This document shows positions 28,141 through 38,785 of a stretch of 64,000 bases of DNA, piece by piece. The translations under genes were made by a program, and so were the position numbers. The notes below the pieces were generated by a model that made no database searches, was not told the origin of the DNA, and worked only from the letters and a program-made list of their open reading frames with translations. The stretch lies in the NCBI GenBank assembly GCA_934176955.1, contig CAKPOS010000002.1, forward strand, positions 75,218 to 139,217, read 5' to 3'. The stretch comes from an uncultured Bacilli bacterium (lineage in GTDB: Bacteria > Bacillota_I > Bacilli_A > RF39 > UBA660). The stretch's first letter is position 1. The number at the start of each line of letters is the position of its first letter.

Positions 28141-29950
28141 GATAAGTATTAGTATCTATATTAAATTTATCAGAAATTCCTGGTAACTCTACTTGATTTC
28201 CATATTCATCTATTTTTTCTCTTTTAGGGAATTGGACATGTTGCCGCTGATTGTTTATCTCTATGGTTTCTTTTAATTTATTCTGAAGTTCTTCCCCTTC
28301 TAAGTGATAAGCTTTTTGATAAACTTCACTTACTGCAGACATAATCGTTTGTCCTGATACTGGTTTATTGACTTTGGTTAAAAGATACTCCCCTATTTCA
28401 TAAAGAATTTCTTTTTCATTTGGCCAAAGATTAAAAAAATCTTGAATTTCTGGATATTTTTCTTCTAGCTTTTTGATAAAATTATTGTCTAGTTTTCTTA
28501 TTTCATCTATTGAATTAGATATGAGATTTTTTAAATTAGATTCTGGATTTCTATCTAAATAGAAGTTTATTTTTTGATAAAATTCCTCTATTGATTGAAT
28601 ATTCATTAATTCTATTGATGAAGAGGAAACTGAAGTTGGTAGAAAGTTATATCTTTTGGTTTCTGTTTCTTCTTCATTGGTTAATAATAAGTGGTTGTAT
28701 AAATCATTTTTTAAGTCATTATCCCAAGTAGGATCTGCTACATAAAAACCATCTATTCCATATTTAGGATCATTGATATAAACCAATCTTCTAGCATGAC
28801 CGTTCCAATTAATTTTTACTACTTCTTTCTCATCTTTCTTATCATAAGAATCATCTACTCCCATACTTCTATATATACTTTTTATTCCGGATTTATTTAA
28901 CAAATCTTCTAGCATGTGAGAATATCCAACACATACCATATATTCATTTTCTAAAATGGCGTATAGTTCTCTAGAAGCAGATTTATTTTTTTCATTTTCT
29001 TTATACTGTTTATATTGTTTTACTACATTATAAGCATAAATATATCTCTCAAAAGGACTTAAATTACAAGCTGGTTCTACCATTTGATATAAAATTTTTT
29101 CTAATCTAAGGTATTCTTTAATTGGTATAATATCAAGTCCTATTCGTATATCTGTGTATCCATTTAAATAATTCGTATTTGATAAAATTTTAGGGGTTAC
29201 TAATTCTTTATTGTTTATATCTATTACAACATGATTTTCTTTTCCTAATTCTTTTAATCTAGTTGTAATTACAATAGCATCTTCTATATTTTCTTCTTCT
29301 ATTATTATTTTTGTTTTATTATTTGTTAAATATTTTAAGTTTTCTATTTCTTCTTTAGTAATTTTCTCGTTTAAATAAATTTGTTCTTTGGATAAGTCAC
29401 TGTATTTGTTATAACTAATTAAAAATCTATCCACATTATAAGAAATCAATGAATCAAAATTATCTTTTAGTTCTTCTGAGACACCAGATGTCTTTATTTT
29501 CTTTAAGTTAGATTGCTTTAAGATATTATAGTCTTCTTCTGTTAAAAGATAGTTTTCTTGTGCATATCTTGCAAGTTCTATTTCTTCTAAGTTAGGATTG
29601 CTTGATATTGATTTTAATATATTTTTTGTAATTAATGCATTAGAATCGATGACAAATGATTTCTCTTGCGTACTGCTTATTATTTTTGTTAATAATTCTT
29701 CTACTTGCTCCTTGTTTTTTAAATAATAATCTGGATTAATATATAAAACATTTCCTTGTTTTCCTATTAAAAAAGGATTTGTTTCTGTGGTATAAATATC
29801 TTTAAGAATATCCTCTTGAAATCTTAAAATTTCTTCTTTTTTTAATTCGATTTCTGTGATGTTATATTTTGATAAATTAGATACTATTTCTTCTGAAGTT
29901 ACTGATTGATATTTATCTGTTTGTTCATATAAATTTTTTATTAGTTCCAT
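28133..29950 (-). CDS. transglutaminase-like cysteine peptidase-fold protein
   Basis: 605 aa. The C-terminal half has MVCVGYSHMLEDLLNKSGIKSIY (Cys), WNGHARRLVYI (His) and YVADPTWD (Asp), in the order and spacing typical of a transglutaminase core. AGGAGG SD upstream. Confidence 0.65.
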   Translation of the reverse strand: MELIKNLYEQTDKYQSVTSEEIVSNLSKYNITEIELKKEEILRFQEDILKDIYTTETNPFLIGKQGNVLYINPDYYLKNKEQVEELLTKIISSTQEKSFVIDSNALITKNILKSISSNPNLEEIELARYAQENYLLTEEDYNILKQSNLKKIKTSGVSEELKDNFDSLISYNVDRFLISYNKYSDLSKEQIYLNEKITKEEIENLKYLTNNKTKIIIEEENIEDAIVITTRLKELGKENHVVIDINNKELVTPKILSNTNYLNGYTDIRIGLDIIPIKEYLRLEKILYQMVEPACNLSPFERYIYAYNVVKQYKQYKENEKNKSASRELYAILENEYMVCVGYSHMLEDLLNKSGIKSIYRSMGVDDSYDKKDEKEVVKINWNGHARRLVYINDPKYGIDGFYVADPTWDNDLKNDLYNHLLLTNEEETETKRYNFLPTSVSSSSIELMNIQSIEEFYQKINFYLDRNPESNLKNLISNSIDEIRKLDNNFIKKLEEKYPEIQDFFNLWPNEKEILYEIGEYLLTKVNKPVSGQTIMSAVSEVYQKAYHLEGEELQNKLKETIEINNQRQHVQFPKREKIDEYGNQVELPGISDKFNIDTNTYHK

Positions 29951-30038
29951 AACTGCCTCCTATTTAAGTTAATCATAGCAAACATTTTATTTTAAATCTA
30001 TAAAATAGGCTTACTTTGTTTTATTTTATTATTAATGT

Positions 30039-30077
30039 AAAATACTGATAAAGATTTTTCTTCTCTATCAGTATTTT
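30039..30077. terminator. shared-stem hairpin AAAATACTGATA-N15-TATCAGTATTTT downstream of htrA
   Basis: Perfect 12-bp arms followed by a T-run. Confidence 0.6.
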
Positions 30078-30087
30078 TTTCTAAAAA

Positions 30088-31329
30088 TTATTCACTTTTT
30101 CCTAAAGTAAGTTTAGTTTTTTGTTCTTTTCCATCTCTTATATAAGTTACTTCAACGGAATCATTTGGAGAATGTTTGTATAACTCATATCTAAATTCTG
30201 CTAATGATTTTGTATCTTTTCCAGCTAATTTTGTGATGATGTCACCTTTCTTTATTCCCGCTTTATCTGCTGGTGAGTTGCTTTCTACTTTAACAACTGC
30301 AACACCATTATTAACATTTTCAGGAACCATAATTCCTGATTGCCATAAGTAATAACTGTTACTTAAATCTAACATCGATATTCCAATGTATGGTCTTGAT
30401 ACTTTTCCATCTTTTTCTAGGACTTCTGCTACTTTTAAAGCATCTTCAATTGGAATTGCAAATCCCATCCCTTCAACAGTGTCATCAACTAATTTCATAT
30501 TGGTAATACCAATGACTTCTCCATTTGTATTGCATAGAGGGCCGCCACTGTTTCCTGGATTAATAGCAGCATCTGTTTGTAAAACTTGCATGTAATAATC
30601 AGAAGTTTGTGAATTACTTAGAGCAACTTCGACTAGTCTATCTTTTGCACTTAATATTCCTTTTGTAACTGTTCCAGCATAATCTGAGCCTTCTGGAGAA
30701 CCTACAGTAAAGACAGTATCTCCTACTGTGGATTTATCAGATGCTCCTGTTGTTGCAGCGACAATTTTATCAGAATCTTTTACACTTAACACGGCAATAT
30801 CAGAATAAGTATCACTACCTACAGTTGTTGCTTCTAATTCATCCCCATTTTGGAATAATACTTTTACTGTTTTTCCTCCTGATATAACATGATTATTGGT
30901 CATTAAGTAAGCTTTCCCATTTGCTTTTTTATAAACAAATCCTGTTCCTGTTGATGCTAGTTGATTATTATTATATACTTCAACAACAACTACTGCATCA
31001 TATACTTTTGATACGGCATCAGAAATACTATTGGTTTCTGTTAATTTTGCGGTCGATGTTGTTATTCCATTTGTCGTTGTTGAGGTATTTGGTCTTGTCG
31101 ATATCATTAAATAAGCACCTAATCCTCCACTAATTAGGGATAAAACAATACATAAGCCAATGACAACTGGTATACTTACTTGATTATTATTTTTTATATT
31201 TTGTTGATTAGAAGAGGAATAAGATGAATAAGTATTTTCTCGTACAGTATCATTCTTATTTGTCTCTTCAGGTGTTACATCAATAATGATTTCTTTTTCA
31301 TTTCTTAACTTTCTTGGTTTTATTCGCAT
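30088..31329 (-). CDS. htrA: HtrA/DegP family serine protease with PDZ domain
   Basis: Catalytic contexts NNHV, DIAVL and GNSGGPL. N-terminal TM and C-terminal PDZ. The likely start is MRIKPRKL (ATG 31329) after a GAAGGAGAG SD. The track start at 31347 lies inside the SD. Confidence 0.9.
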   Translation of the reverse strand: MRIKPRKLRNEKEIIIDVTPEETNKNDTVRENTYSSYSSSNQQNIKNNNQVSIPVVIGLCIVLSLISGGLGAYLMISTRPNTSTTTNGITTSTAKLTETNSISDAVSKVYDAVVVVEVYNNNQLASTGTGFVYKKANGKAYLMTNNHVISGGKTVKVLFQNGDELEATTVGSDTYSDIAVLSVKDSDKIVAATTGASDKSTVGDTVFTVGSPEGSDYAGTVTKGILSAKDRLVEVALSNSQTSDYYMQVLQTDAAINPGNSGGPLCNTNGEVIGITNMKLVDDTVEGMGFAIPIEDALKVAEVLEKDGKVSRPYIGISMLDLSNSYYLWQSGIMVPENVNNGVAVVKVESNSPADKAGIKKGDIITKLAGKDTKSLAEFRYELYKHSPNDSVEVTYIRDGKEQKTKLTLGKSE

Positions 31330-31398
31330 AAACTCTCCTTCTTTCATTTAAAATTATATGGAGCAATTATGATTAAAATATCTAAGAATTATGTGATA

Positions 31399-32052
31399 TT
31401 AAGGGAAAACTTTATATTTATTTAATAGTTTTGTTGTAATAAGTAAATAGATTATTGAGATAGAATATCCTGTTAAGACATCACTTAAGTAGTGAACTCC
31501 TAGATAAATTCGACTTACTCCTATTAATATAATTATAGCAATATTTAGGGTAATTAACAAGATTTTTAAGTACTTATTTTTTACTAATCTTTTGGTAATA
31601 TAGATAAGTAGACCATAAAAAGCAAGAGATACCATTGCATGCCCCGAAGGAAAACTATATCCTGACATTTCAATTAAGCGATATCCATTTGGTCTTTCTC
31701 TTCTAAAGATAAATTTAAGTATTTGATTAATTATAGTTATTCCTGCTAAATTTAGGATAATTCCTAGAGATAATTTTTTGTTTTTTATTAGTTTTGTACA
31801 AAAGAAGATAGAAATAATTGCGATTACGAACATGACTTCTGGATTACTTAATTTAGTTGCTAATTTCATGAATGTGGTTAATTTATCATTTCTTAGTTTT
31901 TCTATGAATAAGTGATAAGCTAATTTATCGATATATAATTCTCTTCCTGCTATTACTTTTGCTGTAATTAAAAGAATAATGAGCAAAAATGGAATAGAGA
32001 TATAAATGATATATCTATTATTTTTAATTTTGGTTTTTATTTTTTCTTTCAT
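31399..32052 (-). CDS. PAP2 family lipid phosphatase
   Basis: 217 aa. KFIFRRERP, FPSGHA and SRIYLGVHYLSD motifs, multi-TM. Confidence 0.85.
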   Translation of the reverse strand: MKEKIKTKIKNNRYIIYISIPFLLIILLITAKVIAGRELYIDKLAYHLFIEKLRNDKLTTFMKLATKLSNPEVMFVIAIISIFFCTKLIKNKKLSLGIILNLAGITIINQILKFIFRRERPNGYRLIEMSGYSFPSGHAMVSLAFYGLLIYITKRLVKNKYLKILLITLNIAIIILIGVSRIYLGVHYLSDVLTGYSISIIYLLITTKLLNKYKVFP

Positions 32053-32139
32053 CTTACACCTTACTTCCTATCTTAATATTATAGCACAAGTTCATTTATT
32101 TAGAATCTTTTTTTAACGTGAAAAAGGGTTAAGATTTTC

Positions 32140-32934
32140 TTAACCTAAAGCAACATCTAATACCATCATTAGAACAAAACCTGAAATAAGTCCTAATGTA
32201 GATAAGTTTTTATTTTCAGAAATAGATTCTGGTAATAGTTCACGAGATGCAACCGTTATCATTGCTCCTGCTGCAAAAGATAAGAGAATGGGTAAGATAC
32301 TTCTTACTGCTAAAACAAGTATAACACCAATTACTGCAGATATGGGTTCTACTAGAGCTGAAGCCTGACCGATGAAGAAACTTTTCTTTCTCGAAAATCC
32401 TTCTTTTCTAAGAGGAAGTGAGACTGCTGCTCCTTCGGGAAAGTTTTGAATACCAATACCAACTGCTAACATGATAGCACCAATTAAAGTCATTCCTGAT
32501 ACACCACTAGAGATTCCTCCAAAGGCAACCCCAATGGACATTCCTTCTGGAATATTATGAAGAGTAATAGCAGATACTAATAAAATACTTCTTTTTAATG
32601 AATCTTTTTTTATACTATTTTTATCACTTAAAGTCTTGTCTAAGAATTTGTCAGATAAGAGAACAAATAATCCTCCAAGTATAAATCCTAATGCTGGTAG
32701 TCCCCATGCTATATATCCTAATTCTTCTGATAACTCTATTGAAGGAAGTAATAAAGACCAGAAAGAAGCTGCTATCATTACCCCAGCACTAAAACCTAGT
32801 ATGGTATTTAAGGCTTTTTTGTTTACTTCTTTGAAGAAACAAACAACTAAAGCACCTAAAAGTGTTATTCCCCAAGTAAAAGTTGTTGCGATTAATGCTT
32901 GTAAAATAGGATTTAAATCTCTAAACCAAATCAA
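32140..32934 (-). CDS. ZIP family metal (zinc) transporter
   Basis: 264 aa. HNIPEG and QNFPEG motifs. TTG start 6 nt after an AGAGGTGA SD. Confidence 0.85.
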   Translation of the reverse strand: MIWFRDLNPILQALIATTFTWGITLLGALVVCFFKEVNKKALNTILGFSAGVMIAASFWSLLLPSIELSEELGYIAWGLPALGFILGGLFVLLSDKFLDKTLSDKNSIKKDSLKRSILLVSAITLHNIPEGMSIGVAFGGISSGVSGMTLIGAIMLAVGIGIQNFPEGAAVSLPLRKEGFSRKKSFFIGQASALVEPISAVIGVILVLAVRSILPILLSFAAGAMITVASRELLPESISENKNLSTLGLISGFVLMMVLDVALG

Positions 32935-33025
32935 TTTTATTCACCTCTATAAATATAGTATGAAAAAACTAAAAAGAAGTGCTTTTCTTGTGTTATAATG
33001 ATATTAATAAGATGATGGAGGAGAA

Positions 33026-34549
33026 ATGAGAAAAAGGGAAAAAAATGGTTTTAGAAATTATCGTTTTATTTATATTAGTTTAATTATCTTAGCTGTTCTA
33101 CTTTTAAGTGTTGGTTTTTCTGCCTTTCAAAATAATTTATCTATAGATGATACTAAAGCTATTGTAAGAATTGATAAAGATATTAGAATAATGGGTGTTA
33201 GCATCGATAGTGTAAATGATGCTGATAGTAGTTATGAAGAATATAATGCATATAATATTCATTCTAAAGTTAATTTAAGGAATGCTAATTCTTATGTAAT
33301 TTATAATATTGATGTTTATAATTTAGGAAATGTTTTAATGGGAGTTAAAAATATTAGTATAAATTATGATAATTTAAAGTTTGAAGTGCTTAATTATGAT
33401 TTAAAGTCTAAATTATGTGATGATGAAGGGAAATGTAGTTTAGGTAGTAAAAAAGAAGTGAAAATTAAAGTTTCTTATCAGGATAATGGTTATAATTCTT
33501 CTAATACTTCTTATGATCTTCGATTAGACTTTCTTTTTGGAAGAATCTATTCTATTAGTTATTACGATATTGATTCTACTAATCTTCCTCATGAAATAAT
33601 GGAAGGAGAAGAACTAAATATAACAATTTCTAATCATATTGATTATTTTTTAAATGTATTTATGAATAATAAGCGATTATCTAACGAAAGCGATTATCAA
33701 TATAAAAATGATATTTTAATACTTCCTAATGTTAATGGAGATATTCGTCTTTATTTTAAGATGCCAATATGTCAAAGGGCAACTATCCTTCATACTGAAG
33801 AATGTAAGGGTAACTATTGCTCTGGTATGGGTTATAAAGTTGATGGTAGTATGGGAACTAAAACAATAACTTATGGTTCTTTGGGAACTGCAGGAAATTT
33901 GATATCAGGAGATGCTTTTGATTGTGATGTGAATGGTGACGGAAATTATGATGCAGAAACAGAAAGATTTTATTATGTTACTGATATGGAAAATAATAGT
34001 AATGTAGCCGTTTTAATTTATTATAATAATGTTAGTGGGGGAATGCCAAATAATGAGAAGTATTATCCATATGATAGTTCAAAAGAAAATTGGCATGGAC
34101 CTAGAACTGCTATGGAGCAACTTCCTACTACTAGTCAATGGAGTAATGTTAGTTTATTTAATGCAGAAAGAAAATTAATTAATGAATATGGTACTACTAG
34201 TACAAAAGATGGTCATACCTTTCCTGAAGTACTTAGTTATTCTAAATATGCTGCTCGTCTTTTGACTATTGCCGAAGTGAAGAAGCTTGTTAATTTTTAT
34301 ATTCCAACTTGGAAAAATGGAGAATTAGATAATCATATTTATCTTGTTGAAAATACTAATTTTTCAAAGAAAGATAATTCTAAATTTGATGGATATTGGT
34401 TAGAAACACCTAGAAATACGATATCAAATCATGGTTGGATAATTTATGCTACGGCAAGACGTGTTCATAGTATAGAAGTACAAAGAACAGATGTTTTAGT
34501 TGGCGTTCGTCCAGTAATAGAAGTATATAAAAGAGATATTGCTTATTAA
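33026..34549 (+). CDS. secreted/anchored hypothetical protein with Cys-containing C-terminal domain
   Basis: 507 aa. N-terminal TM then VGFSAFQNNLSI. Middle region has CQRATILHTEECKGNYCSG and DAFDCDVNGDGNYD. GGAGGAG SD upstream. Confidence 0.65.
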   Translation: MRKREKNGFRNYRFIYISLIILAVLLLSVGFSAFQNNLSIDDTKAIVRIDKDIRIMGVSIDSVNDADSSYEEYNAYNIHSKVNLRNANSYVIYNIDVYNLGNVLMGVKNISINYDNLKFEVLNYDLKSKLCDDEGKCSLGSKKEVKIKVSYQDNGYNSSNTSYDLRLDFLFGRIYSISYYDIDSTNLPHEIMEGEELNITISNHIDYFLNVFMNNKRLSNESDYQYKNDILILPNVNGDIRLYFKMPICQRATILHTEECKGNYCSGMGYKVDGSMGTKTITYGSLGTAGNLISGDAFDCDVNGDGNYDAETERFYYVTDMENNSNVAVLIYYNNVSGGMPNNEKYYPYDSSKENWHGPRTAMEQLPTTSQWSNVSLFNAERKLINEYGTTSTKDGHTFPEVLSYSKYAARLLTIAEVKKLVNFYIPTWKNGELDNHIYLVENTNFSKKDNSKFDGYWLETPRNTISNHGWIIYATARRVHSIEVQRTDVLVGVRPVIEVYKRDIAY

Positions 34550-34609
34550 AATGAAAAAAATACTTATTTAGAAATACTCTTAATTTAAGGATATTTCTTT
34601 TTAAGTATT

Positions 34610-36988
34610 TTATTTTTGAAATTGTGAATTATAAATATCTGCATAGAAACCATTTTTCTTGATTAGTTCGTTATGTTTTCCTTGCTCAACGATATTTCCG
34701 TCTTTCATGACTAGAATAAGGTCGGCGTTTTTGATGGTTGATAGACGATGAGCAATAATAAATGATGTTTTTCCTTCAGTTAGTTTATCCATAGCTTTTT
34801 GGACTAGCTCTTCTGTTCTTGTATCAACATTGGAAGTAGCTTCATCTAGAATTAGGAATGGAGAATTGCTTAACATTCCACGAGCAATGGTAATTAATTG
34901 TCTTTGTCCTGCGGATACGGAATCGTTATCACTAATTACTGTATCATAGCCATCTGATAGGGTATTAATAAAGTGACTAATTCCTACGGTATCACATACT
35001 TCTTCAACACGACCCATATTTACATTTTCACGATTATAAATAATATTTTCTTTAATGGTTCCATTGAATAACCAAGTATCTTGTAGCACCATAGTAAATA
35101 AGGAATGGACATTTTCTCTGGTTAAATCATTGATAGATACACCATCGATTTTGATATCTCCTCCATTGATTTCATAGAACTTCATCAATAGATTGACCAT
35201 TGTTGTTTTACCAGCTCCGGTAGGTCCTACGATTGCTACTTTTTGTCCTGGTTTTGCTACAGCACTAAAGTTATGAATAGTTGGTTTATCATTTCCATCA
35301 TATTGGAAGACCACCTGATTGAATTCTATTTTTCCTTTTACTTTTTTTCTATCTAAAACTTTTGTTTTATTTTCTTCACTAGGCATTTCTTCTTCATCTA
35401 GGAATTCAAATACTCTTTCACTTGCAGCTGCTGTTGATTGTAGTGAGGTCATTGCTTGGGCAATTTGTGATAATGGAGAAGTGAATAGTCTTACATAAGC
35501 AATAAATGCTACGATTACTCCAAATGTTGTTAAATCATTCATGGTTAGTAGAGCACCTACAATACATACAGCTACATAACCAAAGTTTCCAATAAAGTTC
35601 ATCATTGGAGGCATTAGCCCTGATAGGAATTGACTCTTTCTATTACATTCATATACTTTCTTATTTAATTCATCAAATTTTTGATCTGATTCTTTTTTTC
35701 CATTATAGGCTTTTACGACATTTAATCCAGAATAGATTTCTTCAATATGGCTATTTAGGTTTCCTAATTCTACTTGTCTTGCAGTAAAGTATTTCTGAGA
35801 TTTTCCTAAGATTAAAAACATAAAGACAAAGCCTAATAAACTAGAAACAATAGCCGTAATTGCCATAATCCAATTGGTTACAAACATCATAATAATGGTA
35901 CCTATAAATAGAGTTATTGCACTAACTAAAGTAGATAATGATTGGTTCATTGACTGAGCTATGGTATCTACATCATTAGTTACTCTAGATAAGATATCTC
36001 CTGATTGATGGGCATCAAAGAATTTTAATGGTAATTTATTAATTTTCGTAGAGATATTGCTTCTTAGTTTTTTAGCAAATTTATTAGCAACTATTGTCAT
36101 AGAGATAGATTCTATATAACTAAATAAAGCACTTAGTAAATAAACTATTACTAAGAATAAAGCAATTCCTTTAATTTTATTCATATTCATTGTTGGTTCG
36201 ATTACTTTTTTGATATTCTTTGGTAATTTATCTAGTTTTGTATATAATTCTTTAGTGTTAGTTTTATTTCCTACTCCACTCATTATTGTTAAAAATTTTG
36301 CTTGGTCACTGGAAGTTATGGTAGTACTCTTGATTTTAAAATCTTGGAAAAGTACTTTTTGAATACTTTCTGGGATTTCTAAAGTGGTACTTGTTTTATT
36401 TTCTTTATCCATCATTTGGGTAATACTTTTTAAGAAAGTGACTTTTTCAGGAGAGGTAATTTCTATTCCTTGATAAGTAGAAGTTTTCAAGATACAAGTT
36501 AAAACATCTTCTGGTAAGTTAGATAATTCTTTCATGATATCTTGTTGATTGGTCATGGTACCAATTTTTGTCATGCCATTTTGAAAAGCTATTTTAGATT
36601 CTTCTTTAATTGATGGAGAAGTTAAGATTTCTCTTGCTGTTTCTTCGGATAAATTTATTTGTAAGATTTGGGGTAATATTGCTTGTAAATTTTTTTCTGA
36701 AACTGATGCTGTTACTTTTTCTGTTATTTCTTTCATAACATCAGTTTTAATGACTAATCCTTTGGAGATTTCATCAGTTAAGTCTGATAATTTGTTTGGA
36801 GAAATAATAGAAAGAACGGAACTTAAAGCTGCTAAAATTAAAGCTACTAAGATTAGAGCATGAAAGCTTTTTAGTTCTTTAAATAATCTAGAAATGGCAC
36901 TTTTAAAGTTCTTGGCTTTTTCAGCTGGTGCTGGGCCCATACCTGGTCCGCGTTGTCTTCTTTTTGGTTGATTATTTTCATTAGGCAT
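34610..36988 (-). CDS. ABC exporter permease/ATPase subunit (consensus Walker B; large TM1-TM2 extracytoplasmic insert)
   Basis: 792 aa. GPTGAGKTT, signature VSAGQ, Walker B ILDEAT. Roughly 200 residues lie between the first and second TM. Confidence 0.85.
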   Translation of the reverse strand: MPNENNQPKRRQRGPGMGPAPAEKAKNFKSAISRLFKELKSFHALILVALILAALSSVLSIISPNKLSDLTDEISKGLVIKTDVMKEITEKVTASVSEKNLQAILPQILQINLSEETAREILTSPSIKEESKIAFQNGMTKIGTMTNQQDIMKELSNLPEDVLTCILKTSTYQGIEITSPEKVTFLKSITQMMDKENKTSTTLEIPESIQKVLFQDFKIKSTTITSSDQAKFLTIMSGVGNKTNTKELYTKLDKLPKNIKKVIEPTMNMNKIKGIALFLVIVYLLSALFSYIESISMTIVANKFAKKLRSNISTKINKLPLKFFDAHQSGDILSRVTNDVDTIAQSMNQSLSTLVSAITLFIGTIIMMFVTNWIMAITAIVSSLLGFVFMFLILGKSQKYFTARQVELGNLNSHIEEIYSGLNVVKAYNGKKESDQKFDELNKKVYECNRKSQFLSGLMPPMMNFIGNFGYVAVCIVGALLTMNDLTTFGVIVAFIAYVRLFTSPLSQIAQAMTSLQSTAAASERVFEFLDEEEMPSEENKTKVLDRKKVKGKIEFNQVVFQYDGNDKPTIHNFSAVAKPGQKVAIVGPTGAGKTTMVNLLMKFYEINGGDIKIDGVSINDLTRENVHSLFTMVLQDTWLFNGTIKENIIYNRENVNMGRVEEVCDTVGISHFINTLSDGYDTVISDNDSVSAGQRQLITIARGMLSNSPFLILDEATSNVDTRTEELVQKAMDKLTEGKTSFIIAHRLSTIKNADLILVMKDGNIVEQGKHNELIKKNGFYADIYNSQFQK

Positions 36989-38744
36989 TTTCTAATTCCT
37001 CCTTTGATAATTGTGATAATGCAATTTGTTTATATACTTTACATGATTTTAATAATTCTTTATGTGTTCCCATTCCTACACATTTTCCGTTGTCTAGAAC
37101 GATAATTTTATCGGCATTCATAATGGTACCTATTCTTTGAGCAACAATTAAACTTGTCGATGTTTTGGTATGTTCTTTTAAGGCTTTTCTTAGCGTTGCA
37201 TCAGTTTTATAGTCTAGTGCAGAGAAACTATCATCAAAGATATAAATTTCAGGATCTCTAGCAATAGCTCTAGCGATTGCTAATCTTTGTTTTTGTCCAC
37301 CAGATACATTGGTTCCTCCACTGGCAATATGAGTATCATATTTATTATCCATTTTTTCAACAAATTCTTTTCCTTGAGCAACTTCAATGGCTTTTTTAAT
37401 TTGTTTTTCTGTTACTTCTGGTTTCCCATTTTCACCGTAAGCAATATTAGTATTTACCGTTCCATCAAACATGACTGCTTTTTGAGGAACATAACCAATT
37501 TTGTTGTGTAAGAATTCTTGAGTGTATTCTTTAACATTAATTCCATCTACCAAAACTTCTCCTTCAGTAGCGTCATAAAATCTTGGTACTAGATTAATTA
37601 AAGTTGATTTGCCACTTCCTGTTGAACCAATGAAAGCAATTGTCTGGCCTTCTTCTGCTTTAAAAGAGATATTTCTTAATAAGTATTCTTTGGCATCAGG
37701 ATATTTGAAGGAAACATTTTTGAATTCAACAGTACCTTTTTCTTTTGTCGTCTCCTTGTCAATACTGCCATCTTTGATGCTCTCTTCTGTATCTAGTACT
37801 TCATTAATACGATTTGCAGAAACGCTAGCACGGGGTACCATCATGAAAATCATAGCCAACATAAGGAAGGACATGATGATTTGCATAGCATAAGTACTGA
37901 ACACGACCATATCTCCAAACATTGTTAATTTGTTGGATAAAACTGTTTCTTTGATTAAAGAAGCTCCAACGAAATAAATACTTAATGTTAAAAAGTACAT
38001 TACTAGATACATAATAGGAGACAAAATTGCAAATGTCTTTTGATTGAATAGTTGTTGATTGGTTAGACTATTATTAACACTCTCAAATTTATCTTCTTGA
38101 TACTTTTCTGCATTAAACGCTCTAACAACACGAATTCCTGTTAGATTTTCTCTTGTTACATTATTTAAATTGTCAGTTAATTTTTGAACAATTTTAAATT
38201 TTGGTAGGACAATAATCATAATGATTCCTATTGTTGTTAGAAGAACGGCTACTGCAATAGCAGTGATAATACTCCATTCTGTACTTTTATTTAAGATTTT
38301 GGTAATTGCCCAAATAGCTGTAATAGGTGCTTTTATCATTAATTGTAATCCCATTGCGATTAACATTTGGACTTGTGTAATATCATTGGTTGTTCTAGTA
38401 ATTAAGCTGCTTGTTGAAAATTGCTTTACTTCATGCATAGATAAATTTTCAACTTTGTTAAATATTTTTTTTCTAACTTTCATGGAGAAGGTTGCTGAAA
38501 TATTTGAGATTAAATATCCAACAATAATTGACGATAGAAGGCTTCCAAAAGCACAGGCTAACATATAGCCACCGTTTATTAAAATATCTTTCATCTCACT
38601 GTCTTCACTTTGGACTAAGATTGTAATTTCTGACATATAATCAGGCATTTTTAGTTCTAGCCAAACTTGACTTACAATTAGAGCAAAGCTAATGATAATG
38701 AAAAGCCATTGCTTTTTACTAATATTTTTTAATAGTTTAAACAT
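36981..38744 (-). CDS. ABC exporter permease/ATPase subunit (degenerate Walker B D-D)
   Basis: 587 aa. GSTGSGKST, VSGGQKQR, and Walker B IYIFDDSFS (Glu replaced by Asp). Confidence 0.85.
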   Translation of the reverse strand: MFKLLKNISKKQWLFIIISFALIVSQVWLELKMPDYMSEITILVQSEDSEMKDILINGGYMLACAFGSLLSSIIVGYLISNISATFSMKVRKKIFNKVENLSMHEVKQFSTSSLITRTTNDITQVQMLIAMGLQLMIKAPITAIWAITKILNKSTEWSIITAIAVAVLLTTIGIIMIIVLPKFKIVQKLTDNLNNVTRENLTGIRVVRAFNAEKYQEDKFESVNNSLTNQQLFNQKTFAILSPIMYLVMYFLTLSIYFVGASLIKETVLSNKLTMFGDMVVFSTYAMQIIMSFLMLAMIFMMVPRASVSANRINEVLDTEESIKDGSIDKETTKEKGTVEFKNVSFKYPDAKEYLLRNISFKAEEGQTIAFIGSTGSGKSTLINLVPRFYDATEGEVLVDGINVKEYTQEFLHNKIGYVPQKAVMFDGTVNTNIAYGENGKPEVTEKQIKKAIEVAQGKEFVEKMDNKYDTHIASGGTNVSGGQKQRLAIARAIARDPEIYIFDDSFSALDYKTDATLRKALKEHTKTSTSLIVAQRIGTIMNADKIIVLDNGKCVGMGTHKELLKSCKVYKQIALSQLSKEELENA

Positions 38745-38785
38745 ATTCTTCTTCCTTTCTTTTCTATTTTTTGTAATATAAAGAG

